A DNA stretch of 62,984 nt, the filler included, from Stramenopiles sp. TOSAG23-3 (taxonomy: Eukaryota): assembly GCA_900128585.1 (NCBI GenBank). It is 10 parts of 10 records of this genome, joined end to end, with 100 filler letters (N's around TTAATTAATTAA, not from the genome) between each part and the next. Parts side by side here need not be neighbours in the genome. Positions count along the whole stretch, not along the records: positions 61,289 to 62,984 come from LT645522.1; 9 more parts are not named here. One strand, given 5' to 3'. Numbering within the stretch: position 1 is the first letter of the stretch; each line of letters starts with the position of its first letter. A program made the translations under genes and the position numbers. The notes under the pieces are model-generated. The model was not told where the DNA came from, ran no database searches, and worked only from the letters and a program-made list of their open reading frames with translations. Positions 62,643-62,984 of this stretch are shown here, piece by piece.

Positions 62643-62984
62643 CGTTCTGGTTTAAAATTAAGAAATGATACATTCTGTTTGTTCATATTGTTTGTATCTA
62701 TATAACAACGATAATGATCAATCATTGACGATTGACGGCGAGCGATATTATTATTTTATTATTATATTATTAGTTATTATAGTAGTAGTATTTTTATTTT
62801 ATTATTATTTAATATTATAATATTATATAATAAAATAATAATAATAATAAAAAAATAATATAATAAATAAAAAATTTTCTTGATTGTGTATTGTGTGTTG
62901 TGTATTTATATTGATACGGTAGCTGTTATAGTATTACACTGTAGTCAATAGTCAATGAATATTCTTTTATATACAGTATGCAAC

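Overview
The window is 10 unrelated contigs joined by 100-nt N spacers carrying TTAATTAATTAA (contigs at 1-10742, 10843-21565, 21666-32377, 32478-43185, 43286-53991, 54092-55792, 55893-57592, 57693-59390, 59491-61188, 61289-62984), so nothing can be inferred across spacers. Contigs 2-10 are nuclear DNA of a microbial eukaryote, inferred to be a flagellated stramenopile and possibly a single-cell amplified genome. Its genes are apparently intronless and GC-rich, set in very AT-rich, microsatellite-laden intergenic DNA: NNT, QCR9, RMI1-like, RBBP4/MSI1, CUL4, a SOD1-like protein lacking its catalytic residues, RPS23, COX6B, VTA1, a DHHC protein, a MADS-box fragment and a class-V PLP enzyme. The host contigs also hold a dispersed TIR-like repeat family and a candidate Introner. 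Contig 1 looks like a large eukaryotic DNA virus (dense short ORFans, HNH endonuclease, two RING proteins, tRNA-Met), but it has no hallmark gene. The most unusual signal is its non-coding architecture. Two long ORF-poor tracts each start with the same covarying H-type pseudoknot, and one of them contains anticodon-less tRNA-like minihelices upstream of tRNA-Met. The contig also has a 113-bp element present three times (starting at a stop codon in two copies) and TCCCA modules upstream of plus-strand genes. All family assignments come from motif recognition, not database searches.
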